The notes beneath the pieces were generated by a model, which saw nothing but the letters and a program-made list of their open reading frames with translations, was not told the DNA's origin and did not search any database. Shown here piece after piece: positions 31,003 to 42,301 of a DNA stretch of 64,000 bases. The translations under genes were made by a program, and so were the position numbers. Source of the DNA: Promethearchaeota archaeon (lineage in GTDB: Archaea; Asgardarchaeota; Lokiarchaeia; Sigyniarchaeales; SOKP01); assembly GCA_048937405.1 (NCBI GenBank), contig JBHLNF010000006.1:160001-224000 (forward strand), read 5' to 3'. Each line of letters begins with the position of its first letter. The first letter of the stretch is position 1.

Positions 31003-34000
31003 TTACATTACTAATGTCTTAATCATAGCATTAATTTGTTCAAAATCGTAATGTTTAATGGTGATTGCACTAGCAGGACAGTTTACAGCACAAGTTCCAC
31101 ATCCCTTGCATAATCCTGAATTAATTAAAGATTTTTTAATGGGTAAACTTACTTCTTCATATTCTTTTAGGATTTCTGTGATTTCTATTGCATTATATGA
31201 ACATGCTTCTACGCATGTTCCGCATCCAATACACCTCTCTTGATCTACTTCCGCTATTAATCCAGAGGTGGTAATTTCTTCTGTACTTAAAAATCTGCAC
31301 GCTCTTCCAGCAGCACCATTTGCTTGTGATATTGAATCTTGTATATTTTTTGGCCAGTGAGCACATCCACATAGGAAAATACCATCAGTTGCAAAATCTA
31401 AAGGTCTTAATTTTACATGTGCTTCTAAGAAAAAACCATTTTTATCTAATGGAACTTTAAGCATCTTTGCCAATTCATCTAAGTTATCTGAGGGGATCAT
31501 AGGAGTTGATAATACAATTAAATCTGTTGTAAATTTGAGATTTTCTTGCAAATTGGTATCAAAAACATCAATTTCAAATTTACTTGTTCCACTATTTTTC
31601 TCTTTAATTTTTGGGGGTTTATCTAAATCATATCTTAAAAATATAGCATCTTTTCTTCGTTCACGATAATATCTTTCAAATTCTTTCTTTGCCATTTGAA
31701 GATCTCTATAGAGAACTATTAATTTAAGGTCTTGTTTTAATTCTTTGAGAAGGTTAATATTTTTTATGGCACTTTCACAACATATGTTTGAACAGTAGGT
31801 TATCCCTTTTTCTTGTCTTGCATTAACACATAACAAAGTGGTGATATGATTAAGCTTATCCAACCATGATTTATCTTCATCTTTTAATCTCTGCTCTAAT
31901 TGTAATTGAGTAATTACATTGTGATTAGAATAGGTATATTCAAAAAATTCATTAGGTTTCAATTCTTGTCCTCCAGTAGCAACAATAATAGTCCCAACTT
32001 TTAATTCATGAGTTTTATTATCTGAGTCGATAACATATATATTATAATTACCAAGATATCCAGTAATATCATCCAAATTGGAATTTAAAAAGAGTTGGAT
32101 ATTCTTATTCTTTTCAACCTTTACTATTGTCTCATTTAATAAAACTGAAGCATCCTCTTGAGTTGGATATAGCATATTTAAGAATCTTAAATTTCCACCT
32201 AAGTAATTCTCTTTTTCTATAAGATACACGGTAAAACCTTGATATGCGATATTCAAAGCAGCAGTCATCCCAGATATTCCTCCACCAATTATTAATGCAC
32301 TTTGAGTAATTTTCAATTTTTTTTCTTCTTGTGATTTTAATAATCTTGATTTAGCAATTCCCATTCTTATTAAATCAATTGCTTTTTCCGTGGCAAGTTC
32401 TTTTTCTGTCATATGTACCCATGAACATTGATCACGGATATTTACCATATCAAATAAATATTTATTTAAACCCGCTTCCTGACATGTCTCCTGAAATAAA
32501 GATTCATGTGTTCTTGGAGTACAAGAAGCAACAATAAATCTATTTAAATTATATTCGTTTATTACTTCCTTGATTCGCTCTTGGGAATCTGAACTACAAG
32601 AGTATAAGTTATCTTCACAAAAAACTACATTAGGTAATGCTTTTATGTGTCCGATAACTTGAGGAATATCAATATATTTTCCAATATTAATACCACAATG
32701 ACAAATAAGAACTCCAATTCTAGGAATATCTGTTTCTTTAACGATTTTCTCTGGTATCTCGATAATCTTTTCTTTCGTTTCAGTAAATTTATAGGAATTA
32801 AGTAAAGTTGCTACTTGTGAGGCTACCCCACTTGCATCGGCTACTGTTTCTGGTATATCCATTGGACCTTGACAAAATCCAGCTAAAAAAATACCTTCTT
32901 TAGAGGATAAAGATTTATTATAATAAGATTTCTCTTTGAAGAAATTATACTCATCCAATTCGATATCCAAAATTTTAGCTAATTCTTTTGTTCCCACTGA
33001 TGGGACTAAAGGTGTAGCTAATACTACTAAATTTGCATTAAAGTCCTTAAATTCACCCGTTTTTAGATTTTCATAATGAATTACTAAGTCATTTGTTTCA
33101 GGATCTTCTAAAATTCTGCTAATTTTAGTCTGGAAATACTTTACTCCGTATTCTTCTTGAGCTCTCTGAGTAAATTCATAAAAATTTTTACCATAAGCTC
33201 TAACATCATGTCTAAAAACGAAACACTTTGAATTTTCAGAATGTTCTTTGGTAATAATTGCCTCTTTAGCAGTATACATGCAACAAACTGAAGAACAATA
33301 TGGAATACCCTCACGTATATCTCTCGAACCAGCACATTGAATAAACGCAATTACTTTTGGTTCTTTCTCATCACTTGGACGTAAAATATGACCTCCAAAA
33401 GGTCCTGATGCAGATAACATTCGTTCATATTCTAAAGCTGTTACAACATTTTTATAATTATAACCCCATCTTGAGGTTAACTCTTCTCCTAACATGTCAT
33501 AACCAGTAGCAACAACAACGGCACCAACTTTCAATTTTATTTCGTGTGGTTCTTGATCATAATCTATTGCTTCTGCCTTACATACTTTCTCACAAACCCC
33601 ACATACTCCCTTAGTAAGTTTTAAGCATAATTCGGGATCTATTAAATAAACGGGTGGAACTGCTTGCGGAAAAGGAATATAAATAGACTTTCTTTTACCT
33701 AGATTCATATCAAAAATATTAGGAGCTTCAATTTTAGGACAGCTACTAGCACAGTCACCGCAACCTTTACATTTTGTCTCATCAATATATCTAGGTTTTT
33801 TAAGAACTGAAACTTCAAAATTTCCTGATTGACCTGAAATTTTTTGAACTTCATGATAAGTCATTAACTCAATATTAGGATTTCTAAATACTTCTACCAT
33901 TTTAGGGGCAAGAATACATAAACTACAATCATTTGTAGGAAAAGTTTTATCAAGTTGAGCCATTCTTCCTCCAATCGAAGGTGTTTTTTCTACTAAATAA

Positions 34001-34083
34001 ACTTTAAATCCTAATTCAGTTAAATCTAGTGAGCATTGTATTCCGGCTATCCCACCACCAATAACTAAGACTGATCCTTCCAT
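31003..34083 (-). CDS. hdrA: Large HdrA-like flavoprotein (Cys form), close paralogue of 22371-25478
   Basis: Same motif set; near-identical N-terminus. Confidence 0.92.
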   Translation of the reverse strand: MEGSVLVIGGGIAGIQCSLDLTELGFKVYLVEKTPSIGGRMAQLDKTFPTNDCSLCILAPKMVEVFRNPNIELMTYHEVQKISGQSGNFEVSVLKKPRYIDETKCKGCGDCASSCPKIEAPNIFDMNLGKRKSIYIPFPQAVPPVYLIDPELCLKLTKGVCGVCEKVCKAEAIDYDQEPHEIKLKVGAVVVATGYDMLGEELTSRWGYNYKNVVTALEYERMLSASGPFGGHILRPSDEKEPKVIAFIQCAGSRDIREGIPYCSSVCCMYTAKEAIITKEHSENSKCFVFRHDVRAYGKNFYEFTQRAQEEYGVKYFQTKISRILEDPETNDLVIHYENLKTGEFKDFNANLVVLATPLVPSVGTKELAKILDIELDEYNFFKEKSYYNKSLSSKEGIFLAGFCQGPMDIPETVADASGVASQVATLLNSYKFTETKEKIIEIPEKIVKETDIPRIGVLICHCGINIGKYIDIPQVIGHIKALPNVVFCEDNLYSCSSDSQERIKEVINEYNLNRFIVASCTPRTHESLFQETCQEAGLNKYLFDMVNIRDQCSWVHMTEKELATEKAIDLIRMGIAKSRLLKSQEEKKLKITQSALIIGGGISGMTAALNIAYQGFTVYLIEKENYLGGNLRFLNMLYPTQEDASVLLNETIVKVEKNKNIQLFLNSNLDDITGYLGNYNIYVIDSDNKTHELKVGTIIVATGGQELKPNEFFEYTYSNHNVITQLQLEQRLKDEDKSWLDKLNHITTLLCVNARQEKGITYCSNICCESAIKNINLLKELKQDLKLIVLYRDLQMAKKEFERYYRERRKDAIFLRYDLDKPPKIKEKNSGTSKFEIDVFDTNLQENLKFTTDLIVLSTPMIPSDNLDELAKMLKVPLDKNGFFLEAHVKLRPLDFATDGIFLCGCAHWPKNIQDSISQANGAAGRACRFLSTEEITTSGLIAEVDQERCIGCGTCVEACSYNAIEITEILKEYEEVSLPIKKSLINSGLCKGCGTCAVNCPASAITIKHYDFEQINAMIKTLVM

Positions 34084-34717
34084 TATTTAACACTATTAAA
34101 TTTTTTTGATAAAAATGAGTTTTACACTTTTTTTTTCCGTTGATTAAAAATAAAAGAAATATAATTATATAAATATATTTATGATAAATGATCAAGATCC
34201 ACCATTTTTAACTCTGGTAATGATCGTTTCTAAAAACTCTACAGATAATAGTTATCCTGATCCGTCATAATATTCTTTATTTTTTAGGCTTTATGAATGT
34301 TTTGTTCGTTTATATTAATATTCGTTTGTTTGGAGATCAAGTTCATAATTTTATTTTCTGTGAATGGCTGATTTCGGTATTTCCACTTATTTTTATAATT
34401 GAATATCTGCATTATGGCTTTTCGTGGTAATAATACAGGAATTTGTGATCAATTCCCAACAGAGATATCATTGAAAATCACTTAATTGATCAAATATTAT
34501 GTATTTTATGTAGATAATGGATAAGTAGACATTCAAGTAAATGTATTTATATGTTTAACTCTTCTTACAGAATTATTTCTTATTATCTTAAATTAAACTA
34601 AATTGATTTTCTAAATAGTTTTTGAATAATGGAGAAAGTTTAAAAAGCATGCTGTGAAATATTATTAATCAATCCATTGTGAATTATATAATAGTAATTT
34701 CAATTAGGTAAAAAACT

Positions 34718-35266
34718 ATGTTTTGTCCTGAATGTGGTGTAGAATTAATAGCACCAAATCAAAAGTTCTGTCATAATTGTGGAACTGAAATTCTAGCTAC
34801 TTCAAAAATGTCGGATTACAAAAATCAGAGAATTCAAAATGAAATAGCACCTCAAATGTATTATGTTCCTATTAAACCGAAAATTGAATTGAAAAGAGGT
34901 CCACCAGGGAAATATTCTAATATGAGCTTTTGGTTTGCTTTAGTTTCTCTTATAATAGGATTAGCAACTTTTTATGTAAGTTATATTATTAGTTCTTACT
35001 TTTTTCCTTATTATTCGATAAATTATAATATTAGATGGCATATTGGAATAATTTTTGTTGTTTTGTCATTAAGAGCGGGAGGATTAATCTTGGGAATTTT
35101 TTCTAGAATTAATAATTCAAAAGCTGTAAAACTCGAACCTTACAATGATCTTGAAAAAGCGGGAAGTATATTAGGAATCTTTGGGATTATTATAAACGCA
35201 ATAGGACTTGTTTTTTCTGCTATTGCCCCAATCTCCATACTTCGCCCAATACCAGATTATTATTAA
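34718..35266 (+). CDS. Zinc-ribbon (CPECG...FCHNCG) membrane protein
   Basis: N-terminal zinc ribbon and three hydrophobic segments. Confidence 0.75.
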   Translation: MFCPECGVELIAPNQKFCHNCGTEILATSKMSDYKNQRIQNEIAPQMYYVPIKPKIELKRGPPGKYSNMSFWFALVSLIIGLATFYVSYIISSYFFPYYSINYNIRWHIGIIFVVLSLRAGGLILGIFSRINNSKAVKLEPYNDLEKAGSILGIFGIIINAIGLVFSAIAPISILRPIPDYY

Positions 35267-35407
35267 AATATTTATTAGAAATTTCTCCTTCTTTTAATAT
35301 AAATTTTATATTAGAGATAATGTTATTTGAAGCAGTTAAAAGATTTTTAGCATTTAATGAAAGTTTTATTTAGTTAAGAATTCAATTAAAATAGAAGGTG
35401 ATTATTT

Positions 35408-36487
35408 TTGACGTTAAAAACGAATATTACTGAAATGTTTGGAATTAAGCACCCAATCGCAAATGCTGCAATGGGTCCTTACCGAACAAACGAGATGGCT
35501 ATAGCAGTCGCAGATGCGGGAGCTCTAGGGATGATCTCACACACAAACCAATCTATGGATGGTAGGGAAGAAAGTGCATTAGTTGCAATGAAGAAAAATC
35601 TTGATTATGTTGTAGAACATACAGATGGGATTTTTGGGTTCAATATAAGGACTTCGAGATTAACAACAGATTGTGACAAATTAATTTCCGAAACCGCAAA
35701 GCATATAATGGCTAATCCTAAATTGAAAGAGCAATGTCTTTACGCTCTAAGTAGTGCGGGTTCGGCAACAAGAATAGCCCAGAATCCTGAATTCAAGAAA
35801 TTAAGGGAAAACTCACAGGTTAAGCACTTCCATGTTGCCCCTGCACTCTGGTTGGCAGATAAATGTGTGAACGCGGGATGTGACGGGCTTGTGGTAACTG
35901 GGTTTGAAGGTGGTGGACATCAATCCTATGAAAAAGTAGGGGGATTAGTATTATTGCAACAGGTACAACAAAAATACCCAGATATTCCAAAAATCGCATG
36001 TGGTGGATTTGCCACTGGTGACGGTCTTGCCGCAGCCCTAGCTATTGGGGCAGGGGGTATTTCCATGGGATCGAGATTTATTGCATCGATCGAGAGTGAA
36101 TTCCATGAAAAATACAAAGGTATAGTACCCCCCGCAAAAGCTCAAGATACTGTTGTGAGAACAGGTTCTTTAGGAACCATTAGACTCTGGAAGAACAAAT
36201 TTGCGATGGCAAAAGGATTAGTAAAGACTAAAGAAGAAAAAATCGCTGAAGAAAAAGCGAAGGAGGAACATAGATCTGAAATTTCAAAAGAAGAACTTAT
36301 GGAAGAATTAAGAAAAGATACAATTGCCCAATATGCTGTTTATGAGGGTGATATGGATAATGGGTATGTATTATTAGGGCAGAGTATAGGTATTGTAAAC
36401 CAAATAGACGGTATTCCCGATATTATCGAAACTATTGTTAAAGACGCAGAAAAAGCACTAAAAAAAGCTGTAACGTATGTAGATTAA
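35408..36487 (+). CDS. Nitronate monooxygenase / FabK-like FMN oxidoreductase
   Basis: IKHPI.NAAMG, GFEGGGH, ACGGFATG and MGSRF motifs. Confidence 0.88.
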   Translation: MTLKTNITEMFGIKHPIANAAMGPYRTNEMAIAVADAGALGMISHTNQSMDGREESALVAMKKNLDYVVEHTDGIFGFNIRTSRLTTDCDKLISETAKHIMANPKLKEQCLYALSSAGSATRIAQNPEFKKLRENSQVKHFHVAPALWLADKCVNAGCDGLVVTGFEGGGHQSYEKVGGLVLLQQVQQKYPDIPKIACGGFATGDGLAAALAIGAGGISMGSRFIASIESEFHEKYKGIVPPAKAQDTVVRTGSLGTIRLWKNKFAMAKGLVKTKEEKIAEEKAKEEHRSEISKEELMEELRKDTIAQYAVYEGDMDNGYVLLGQSIGIVNQIDGIPDIIETIVKDAEKALKKAVTYVD

Positions 36488-36813
36488 GTCTGCTCTTCTT
36501 TATTAAGCAAATCACTTTTTTTTTATTCTTTTTAGAAATATAAGATCTATAATCTATGAAAATATTATAGTAAATAAAAATAAGCACAACGTCTAAACTT
36601 TTACTTAGTACAAGATATTGCTCAAAAGAGTGTGAATGTGCACACATATAACCATATTTGCATCTATAAATGTTCAAGTGAAAATTAATTATCCTAAATA
36701 AGAAAAAGAATTAATTATATACTACATAAATGAATGATTTTCTACATTCATTTTTCAATGAAATTAAAAACAAGATTAATATTTCTCAGAATATTTCTCA
36801 GAATGAGATTTAT

Positions 36814-37479
36814 TTAATAAATAAATGGAATTAATCTTTTAGTTTTTTTCTTATAATCTTCAAATTCTTTACCAAATTTCTCCAGTAAAATTTTTTCTTC
36901 TTCCAGTATACGCATTCTATATATTAAAAAAGTATATGTAAACATAATAATAAGGGTAATAATACATCTGAAAACAAAACAAAATCCAATAGTTGCAATT
37001 AAACCACCCGAATACATCGGATTTCTAATATATTTATATACTCCCTGATTAAAGAGTTTATGATCATCTAAAGTTGTTAATTCTGCTGTTCCAAATCGTC
37101 CTAATTGCACTCTTGCCACAAGAATAAGTAAGCTACCTGTAAGAAACAAAATAAATCCTATATAACTGATAAAAATTCCATCCCAGAAGGGAATAATTCT
37201 AGATATCAGCAACTTATTCTCTAGATATGCCCCTATTAAGAAAAAAGGAGACAATAATAGCATAGTTAAGATCAAAATATCAAAAATTTTTGAAGCTTGT
37301 TTTTCTTCTGGAAGAGAACGTATTATCGTATCTGTAAGAGTAAACATATATGCAATAAGTAAGTATATAACATAAATTGGAATTGAGTATATCTCTGGTA
37401 CTATAATTATGTAGAAAATGTTCTGATAGAGAAGATAAACGAAAATGAAGAGGAGAAGTTTTTTCCCAAGATCTTTCAT
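36814..37479 (-). CDS. Isoprenylcysteine carboxyl methyltransferase (ICMT/PEMT) family membrane protein
   Basis: GVYKYIRNPMY and RILEEE..L...FG..FEDY motifs. Confidence 0.85.
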   Translation of the reverse strand: MKDLGKKLLLFIFVYLLYQNIFYIIIVPEIYSIPIYVIYLLIAYMFTLTDTIIRSLPEEKQASKIFDILILTMLLLSPFFLIGAYLENKLLISRIIPFWDGIFISYIGFILFLTGSLLILVARVQLGRFGTAELTTLDDHKLFNQGVYKYIRNPMYSGGLIATIGFCFVFRCIITLIIMFTYTFLIYRMRILEEEKILLEKFGKEFEDYKKKTKRLIPFIY

Positions 37480-37529
37480 TTTTATAAAAAATTTGGTTTT
37501 TTATGATTTAAATCTATAGCACATCATGT

Positions 37530-37970
37530 TTAAATTGTTTGCAATGGCCCTAATTTCTTTATTTTATCAGTAAATTCTGTTATAACTTCAGCGAATCGTT
37601 TCCCTTCAGATGCGCTTACCCATTCAAGTCTAAATCTTTTATCAAGACTAAACATTTTCAATACGTCTTTAAAACGTTCAAATCTATCTCTTGCAAATTC
37701 ATTTCCTTTCAAATAGTGACAATCTCCGATGTGACATCCTGTTACAATGACACCATCAATACCATCTTTAAATGCTTCTAAAATGAAAGCAGGATCTACT
37801 CTCCCAGAGCACATTACCCTCACTATCCTAATAGTTGAAGGGTATTGAAATCGTGAGACCCCAGCTAAATCTGCTCCTGCATAACTACACCAATTACAAC
37901 AGAAACATAAGATATTGGGGTGAAATTCCTTTTCTATTCCTTTCTTTTTTGACTTGGACATATAATACAC
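37530..37970 (-). CDS. mvhD: MvhD (Cys form)
   Basis: FCCNWCSY, CSGRVD and GCHIGDCHY motifs. Confidence 0.95.
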   Translation of the reverse strand: MYYMSKSKKKGIEKEFHPNILCFCCNWCSYAGADLAGVSRFQYPSTIRIVRVMCSGRVDPAFILEAFKDGIDGVIVTGCHIGDCHYLKGNEFARDRFERFKDVLKMFSLDKRFRLEWVSASEGKRFAEVITEFTDKIKKLGPLQTI

Positions 37971-37978
37971 TTATTAAT

Positions 37979-40900
37979 TTAGATTTGTACTAAAAGTGCA
38001 GAAATCATAGCATGAATTTGTTCAAAACCAAAATGTTTTATTACTATTGTCGAATTAGGGCATTGAGCACCACAAGTACCACATCCTTTACAAAGTGCCG
38101 GATTAACATGAGATTTCATTATAGGCATTGTAAAATCTTCGAACGCTCTTTCTTTCTCTATTAATTCTATCGCATTAAATTGACAGACTTCGACACAACT
38201 TCCACAGCCAATACAATTTTCTTCTATTACAACAGCTACAAGTCCAGATGTTACAAGCTTTTCAGAGCTTAGAATTTTGACTGCCTGAGCAGCAGCTCCA
38301 TTGGATTGTGCGATTGATTCTCGGAGATCTTTTGGTGAATGCGCACACCCACATAAGTATATCCCATCAGTTGCAAAATCGATTGGTCTCAATTTGACAT
38401 GAGCTTCCAAAAAGAATTTGTCCTCATTAAGTGGGACTTTTAACATTTTTGCTAATTCTTCATTTTCTTTTATGGGTGCTACGAGACCTGTACTTAATAC
38501 AATTAAATCAGGATTTATTTCAATCTTTCCCAAATCTGGATTAGTTACTATAATTTTTAACTCCTTATTCTTCATTTTTAATTCTGGAGGTTTATTCTCA
38601 ACATATCTAATGAAAACAACTTTTTTATCTCGTGCTAAGTTATAGTATTTTTCTTTAAAACCATATGTTCTAATATCACGATATAAAATGACAATTTCTA
38701 TGTTAGGATTAAGTTCTTTCGCTTTTAAAGCGTTCTTTATAGCTTCTGAACAGCAGACCCGACTACAATAGGGAAAATCCTCATTTCTAGATCCAACGCA
38801 TTGAATCATAACTATCGATTTCAATGCTTTTATTTTATCTGTAGTAAAAAGTTCTTTTTCAAATTGAGTTTGGGTTATAATTCTTTGATCTTTTCCAAAA
38901 TTATATTCCTTAGGTTGATATTGTTTTGCTCCAGTTGCCACAATTATTATTCCATGTTCAAGATCGATAATTTTACCATTATTTCCATAGCTTACGTTTG
39001 TGGAAAAATTACCTATATATCCTGAAATTCCATTAATTTGAGCATTTTTAAATACATGAATAAGTTGATTACTTTCAATATTTTTAATTAGGATTTTAAG
39101 ATATTCTTGAATATCATCATTTTCAAGAGTCCGATAAATATTTTTAGCAATCCCCCCTAAAGAACCTTCCTTTTCAACTAAGAAGATTTCATAACCTTGA
39201 GAGGCGAGATTCAATGCTGCTGTCATTCCTGAAACTCCCCCTCCTATAACTAAACCTTTATCTATTACAGAGATTTCCTGTTCTTGTAATGGGATTAATT
39301 GGCTAGCCTTTGCTACTGACATGCGTAATAGATCTTTTGATTTTGCTGTTGCTTTTTCAGGTTCATGCATATGGACCCATGAACATTGATCTCGAATATT
39401 AACCATTTCAAAAAGATACTTATTTAAACCAACCTCACGGATTGTTGCTTGAAATAACGGTTCATGTGTTCTTGGAGTGCAAGATGCAACGATAACTCTA
39501 TTAAGTTTATTTTTTATAATTTTTTCTTTAATATTGGTTTGGGTATCTGCTGAACATGTATATAAATTATGTTCAGCATAGACAACATTGGGTAAGGTTT
39601 TAACATATTCAACTACATTAGGAACATCGACAACCCCACCAATATTTATGCCACAATGACATATAAATACACCTATACGAGGTGATTGATCACTTACATC
39701 TAACTCTTCTGGTAGTTCTTTCTTAGTAACTAATTTGTTTCTTGCTTCTGATAAAAGAACATTAACACAGCCAGCAGCAGCACTAGCTTCAATGACAGTT
39801 TCTGGAATATCTTTAGGTGTTGCGAAAGATCCACACACATAAATTCCCGGTCTTGAAGTTTCTACTGGGCTAAAAGTACCCGTTTTACAAAATCCATATT
39901 CATTTAACTGAATATCTAATTTTTGTGCTAATTCGTTTGCTTTCTGTTTAGGTTGCATCCCTACAGAGAGAACGACTAGATTAAAAATTTCTTCAATTAC
40001 TTTACCATTTTCTGTTTCATAATAAACCTTTAAATCTTTAGAGTCGGGAATCTCTTTAATGGAAGAAATTCTACGCCTGATATATCTTACACCATATTCA
40101 TCTTTTGCTCGTTCAATATATTTGTCAAAGTCCTTTCCGTATGCTCTGATATCCATCGTAAAAATTGTTGGTTTAATAATATTCATATGTTCTTTTGCTA
40201 TTACTGCTTCTTTGGTAGTATACATACAACACACAGAAGAACAGTAATCAATTCTATGTTTTCTATCTCTTGAACCTATACAATGTAGAAAAGCAATTTT
40301 TTTAGGGATAATTCCATCGGAAGGGCGAAGTATTAAACCTGAATGTGGACCACTAGCACTTAATATACGTTCAAACTCAATACTGGTAATCACATTTAAA
40401 TGCTTACCGTAACCTAATTCAGTCAAAGGAGTAGGATTATATTCATCAAATCCAATTGCGAGTACTACAGCTCCCACATCTAAAGTTATTAATTTATCTT
40501 GAAGTTCATATTCTATTGCTTTTGCTTTACATATACCTTTGCAAATACCACATCCTATACATTTATCTTTATTAATTGAGAACACTAGCGGAACTGCTTG
40601 AGGAAATTTTACAGAAATTGCTGCAATATTAGAAAGTTTCTCATTAAAGAAATCAATAGCTTCTATAGGACATTGTCGAGCACATAAACCGCACCCTGTA
40701 CATTTATTTTGGTCCAAACGAAGGGTTCTTTGAGTTAAATCCACTTTAAAATTACCTGGAACACCTTCGATTTTTTCGAGTGATGAATTGATTAGAATTT
40801 CGATATTTTCATGTCGACCAGTTTGTACTAATTTAGGGGCAAGAATACAAATAGCACAATCATTAGTTGGAAAAGTTTTATCTAATTGAGACATAACTCC

Positions 40901-41020
40901 CCCAATACTAGTTGTAGATTCAGCAAGGTATACTTTATAGCCAGAATCAGCCAAATCTATTGAAGCTTGAATACCAGCAATTCCACCACCAATAACAAGG
41001 ACAGCTCCCACTTTCTCCAT
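37979..41020 (-). CDS. hdrA: Large HdrA-like flavoprotein (Cys form)
   Basis: LDKTFPTNDCAICI, CHCG, LYTCS, ASCTPRTHE and NIRDQCSWVH motifs. Confidence 0.92.
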   Translation of the reverse strand: MEKVGAVLVIGGGIAGIQASIDLADSGYKVYLAESTTSIGGVMSQLDKTFPTNDCAICILAPKLVQTGRHENIEILINSSLEKIEGVPGNFKVDLTQRTLRLDQNKCTGCGLCARQCPIEAIDFFNEKLSNIAAISVKFPQAVPLVFSINKDKCIGCGICKGICKAKAIEYELQDKLITLDVGAVVLAIGFDEYNPTPLTELGYGKHLNVITSIEFERILSASGPHSGLILRPSDGIIPKKIAFLHCIGSRDRKHRIDYCSSVCCMYTTKEAVIAKEHMNIIKPTIFTMDIRAYGKDFDKYIERAKDEYGVRYIRRRISSIKEIPDSKDLKVYYETENGKVIEEIFNLVVLSVGMQPKQKANELAQKLDIQLNEYGFCKTGTFSPVETSRPGIYVCGSFATPKDIPETVIEASAAAGCVNVLLSEARNKLVTKKELPEELDVSDQSPRIGVFICHCGINIGGVVDVPNVVEYVKTLPNVVYAEHNLYTCSADTQTNIKEKIIKNKLNRVIVASCTPRTHEPLFQATIREVGLNKYLFEMVNIRDQCSWVHMHEPEKATAKSKDLLRMSVAKASQLIPLQEQEISVIDKGLVIGGGVSGMTAALNLASQGYEIFLVEKEGSLGGIAKNIYRTLENDDIQEYLKILIKNIESNQLIHVFKNAQINGISGYIGNFSTNVSYGNNGKIIDLEHGIIIVATGAKQYQPKEYNFGKDQRIITQTQFEKELFTTDKIKALKSIVMIQCVGSRNEDFPYCSRVCCSEAIKNALKAKELNPNIEIVILYRDIRTYGFKEKYYNLARDKKVVFIRYVENKPPELKMKNKELKIIVTNPDLGKIEINPDLIVLSTGLVAPIKENEELAKMLKVPLNEDKFFLEAHVKLRPIDFATDGIYLCGCAHSPKDLRESIAQSNGAAAQAVKILSSEKLVTSGLVAVVIEENCIGCGSCVEVCQFNAIELIEKERAFEDFTMPIMKSHVNPALCKGCGTCGAQCPNSTIVIKHFGFEQIHAMISALLVQI

Positions 41021-42297
41021 TATTTCTCCTCAACGATTTGATTAGGTTCTATTACCTTTATAATATCAACTAAAAACTCGGAAAAATCTAAAATATCAAT
41101 AGATGAAAAATCATCATAATCTTTTTTTAGACAAGTCAAATGCATTCGACATTTTGGACAAGATGTAATCATTTTTGTTCCAACAGCTTTAGCTTCTAAA
41201 AGGCGTTTATATCGTAAAGCTTTAGATTTTTCATTACAATTCATCCAAGAATTCACACCACAACAATAAGAATTTTCTTTATTATGCTCCATTTCTTTAA
41301 AGTTAAATCCTATTTTCTTTAAATATCTAAAAATTTCTCGGACTTTCTCAGTTATGTTATTATGTTTAGGTAAAAATCTACTTAACCTACAAGGATCATG
41401 ATAAGTAAAAGGAATGATATTATTAGATTCATTAGGATTTTCAAATTGAACTTTACCTTGTTTCCATTTATCATAGATATATTCAATAATATGACTGACT
41501 TCAAATTTCACATCAAAATCCTCAAATAATTTTGGATAATCAATTTTAAAGGTTCTATAACATTCAGCACATGCGGTAATAATTTTTGTGATCCCAGCAT
41601 TTTCAAATCGATTTACATTTTTCTTAGCTAATTCAATAAAACTTTCGAATTTTGCTTGACCCCAATATAAATCATGTCCACAACATATCTCATCTTTAAG
41701 AACTACTATAGGTTCTTTTTCCAATTTACAGATAATCTTTAGAGTGCTTTCTGCTATAGATAGTGAATCTTGAAATTCATAATTAAAAAAGGGTAAGCAT
41801 CCTACGTAATATAATACATTTCCCCTATCTGAAATATTACATCCATTTGGAATCCAATCTAGAGGTCTATTAACTGCAAAATTATCTTGACCCATCATTT
41901 CAGACATTAAAGGATAAATACCTTTATGAGCAATAGAGCGATCAGGATTTTGAATATCTTTTATTCGCATTTTATATCTTGCAATTCTGACAATATCAGC
42001 AAAATTAATGTCTTTAGGGCAGTTTTGCAGACAACTATTGCACATTAAACAATCCCATAAGACTCGGCTATTAATTATCTCATCTTCAAAGCCTTCTAAT
42101 ATCATTTGAATAATTCTACTGGGCGTAAATTTTTGCACTTTACTAACTTGGCATACTCCTGAACAACGGGCGCATTGATAACATTTTTTTAATAAATTAG
42201 TTAAGTCTGGTTCAAATATTTTTCTTAAATATAAATCAAATTCATTTTCTTTTTGTTTTATCTTTTTAGATTCTTCTATCTCTATTATAGGATTCAC
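41020..42297 (-). CDS. HdrD-like Fe-S oxidoreductase, paralogue of 25478-26758
   Basis: Same ferredoxin + CCG motifs; TAATG overlap with hdrA. Confidence 0.88.
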   Translation of the reverse strand: MNPIIEIEESKKIKQKENEFDLYLRKIFEPDLTNLLKKCYQCARCSGVCQVSKVQKFTPSRIIQMILEGFEDEIINSRVLWDCLMCNSCLQNCPKDINFADIVRIARYKMRIKDIQNPDRSIAHKGIYPLMSEMMGQDNFAVNRPLDWIPNGCNISDRGNVLYYVGCLPFFNYEFQDSLSIAESTLKIICKLEKEPIVVLKDEICCGHDLYWGQAKFESFIELAKKNVNRFENAGITKIITACAECYRTFKIDYPKLFEDFDVKFEVSHIIEYIYDKWKQGKVQFENPNESNNIIPFTYHDPCRLSRFLPKHNNITEKVREIFRYLKKIGFNFKEMEHNKENSYCCGVNSWMNCNEKSKALRYKRLLEAKAVGTKMITSCPKCRMHLTCLKKDYDDFSSIDILDFSEFLVDIIKVIEPNQIVEEK

Positions 42298-42301
42298 TTC
42301 C

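Noticed and set aside
34200-34530. Possible decayed gene on the minus strand
   Set aside because: It looks coding-like but has multiple stops and no family I can recognise; not supportable.
36778-36805. Short tandem repeat AATATTTCTCAG x2
   Set aside because: Only two units with no spacers; not CRISPR and probably a local slippage.
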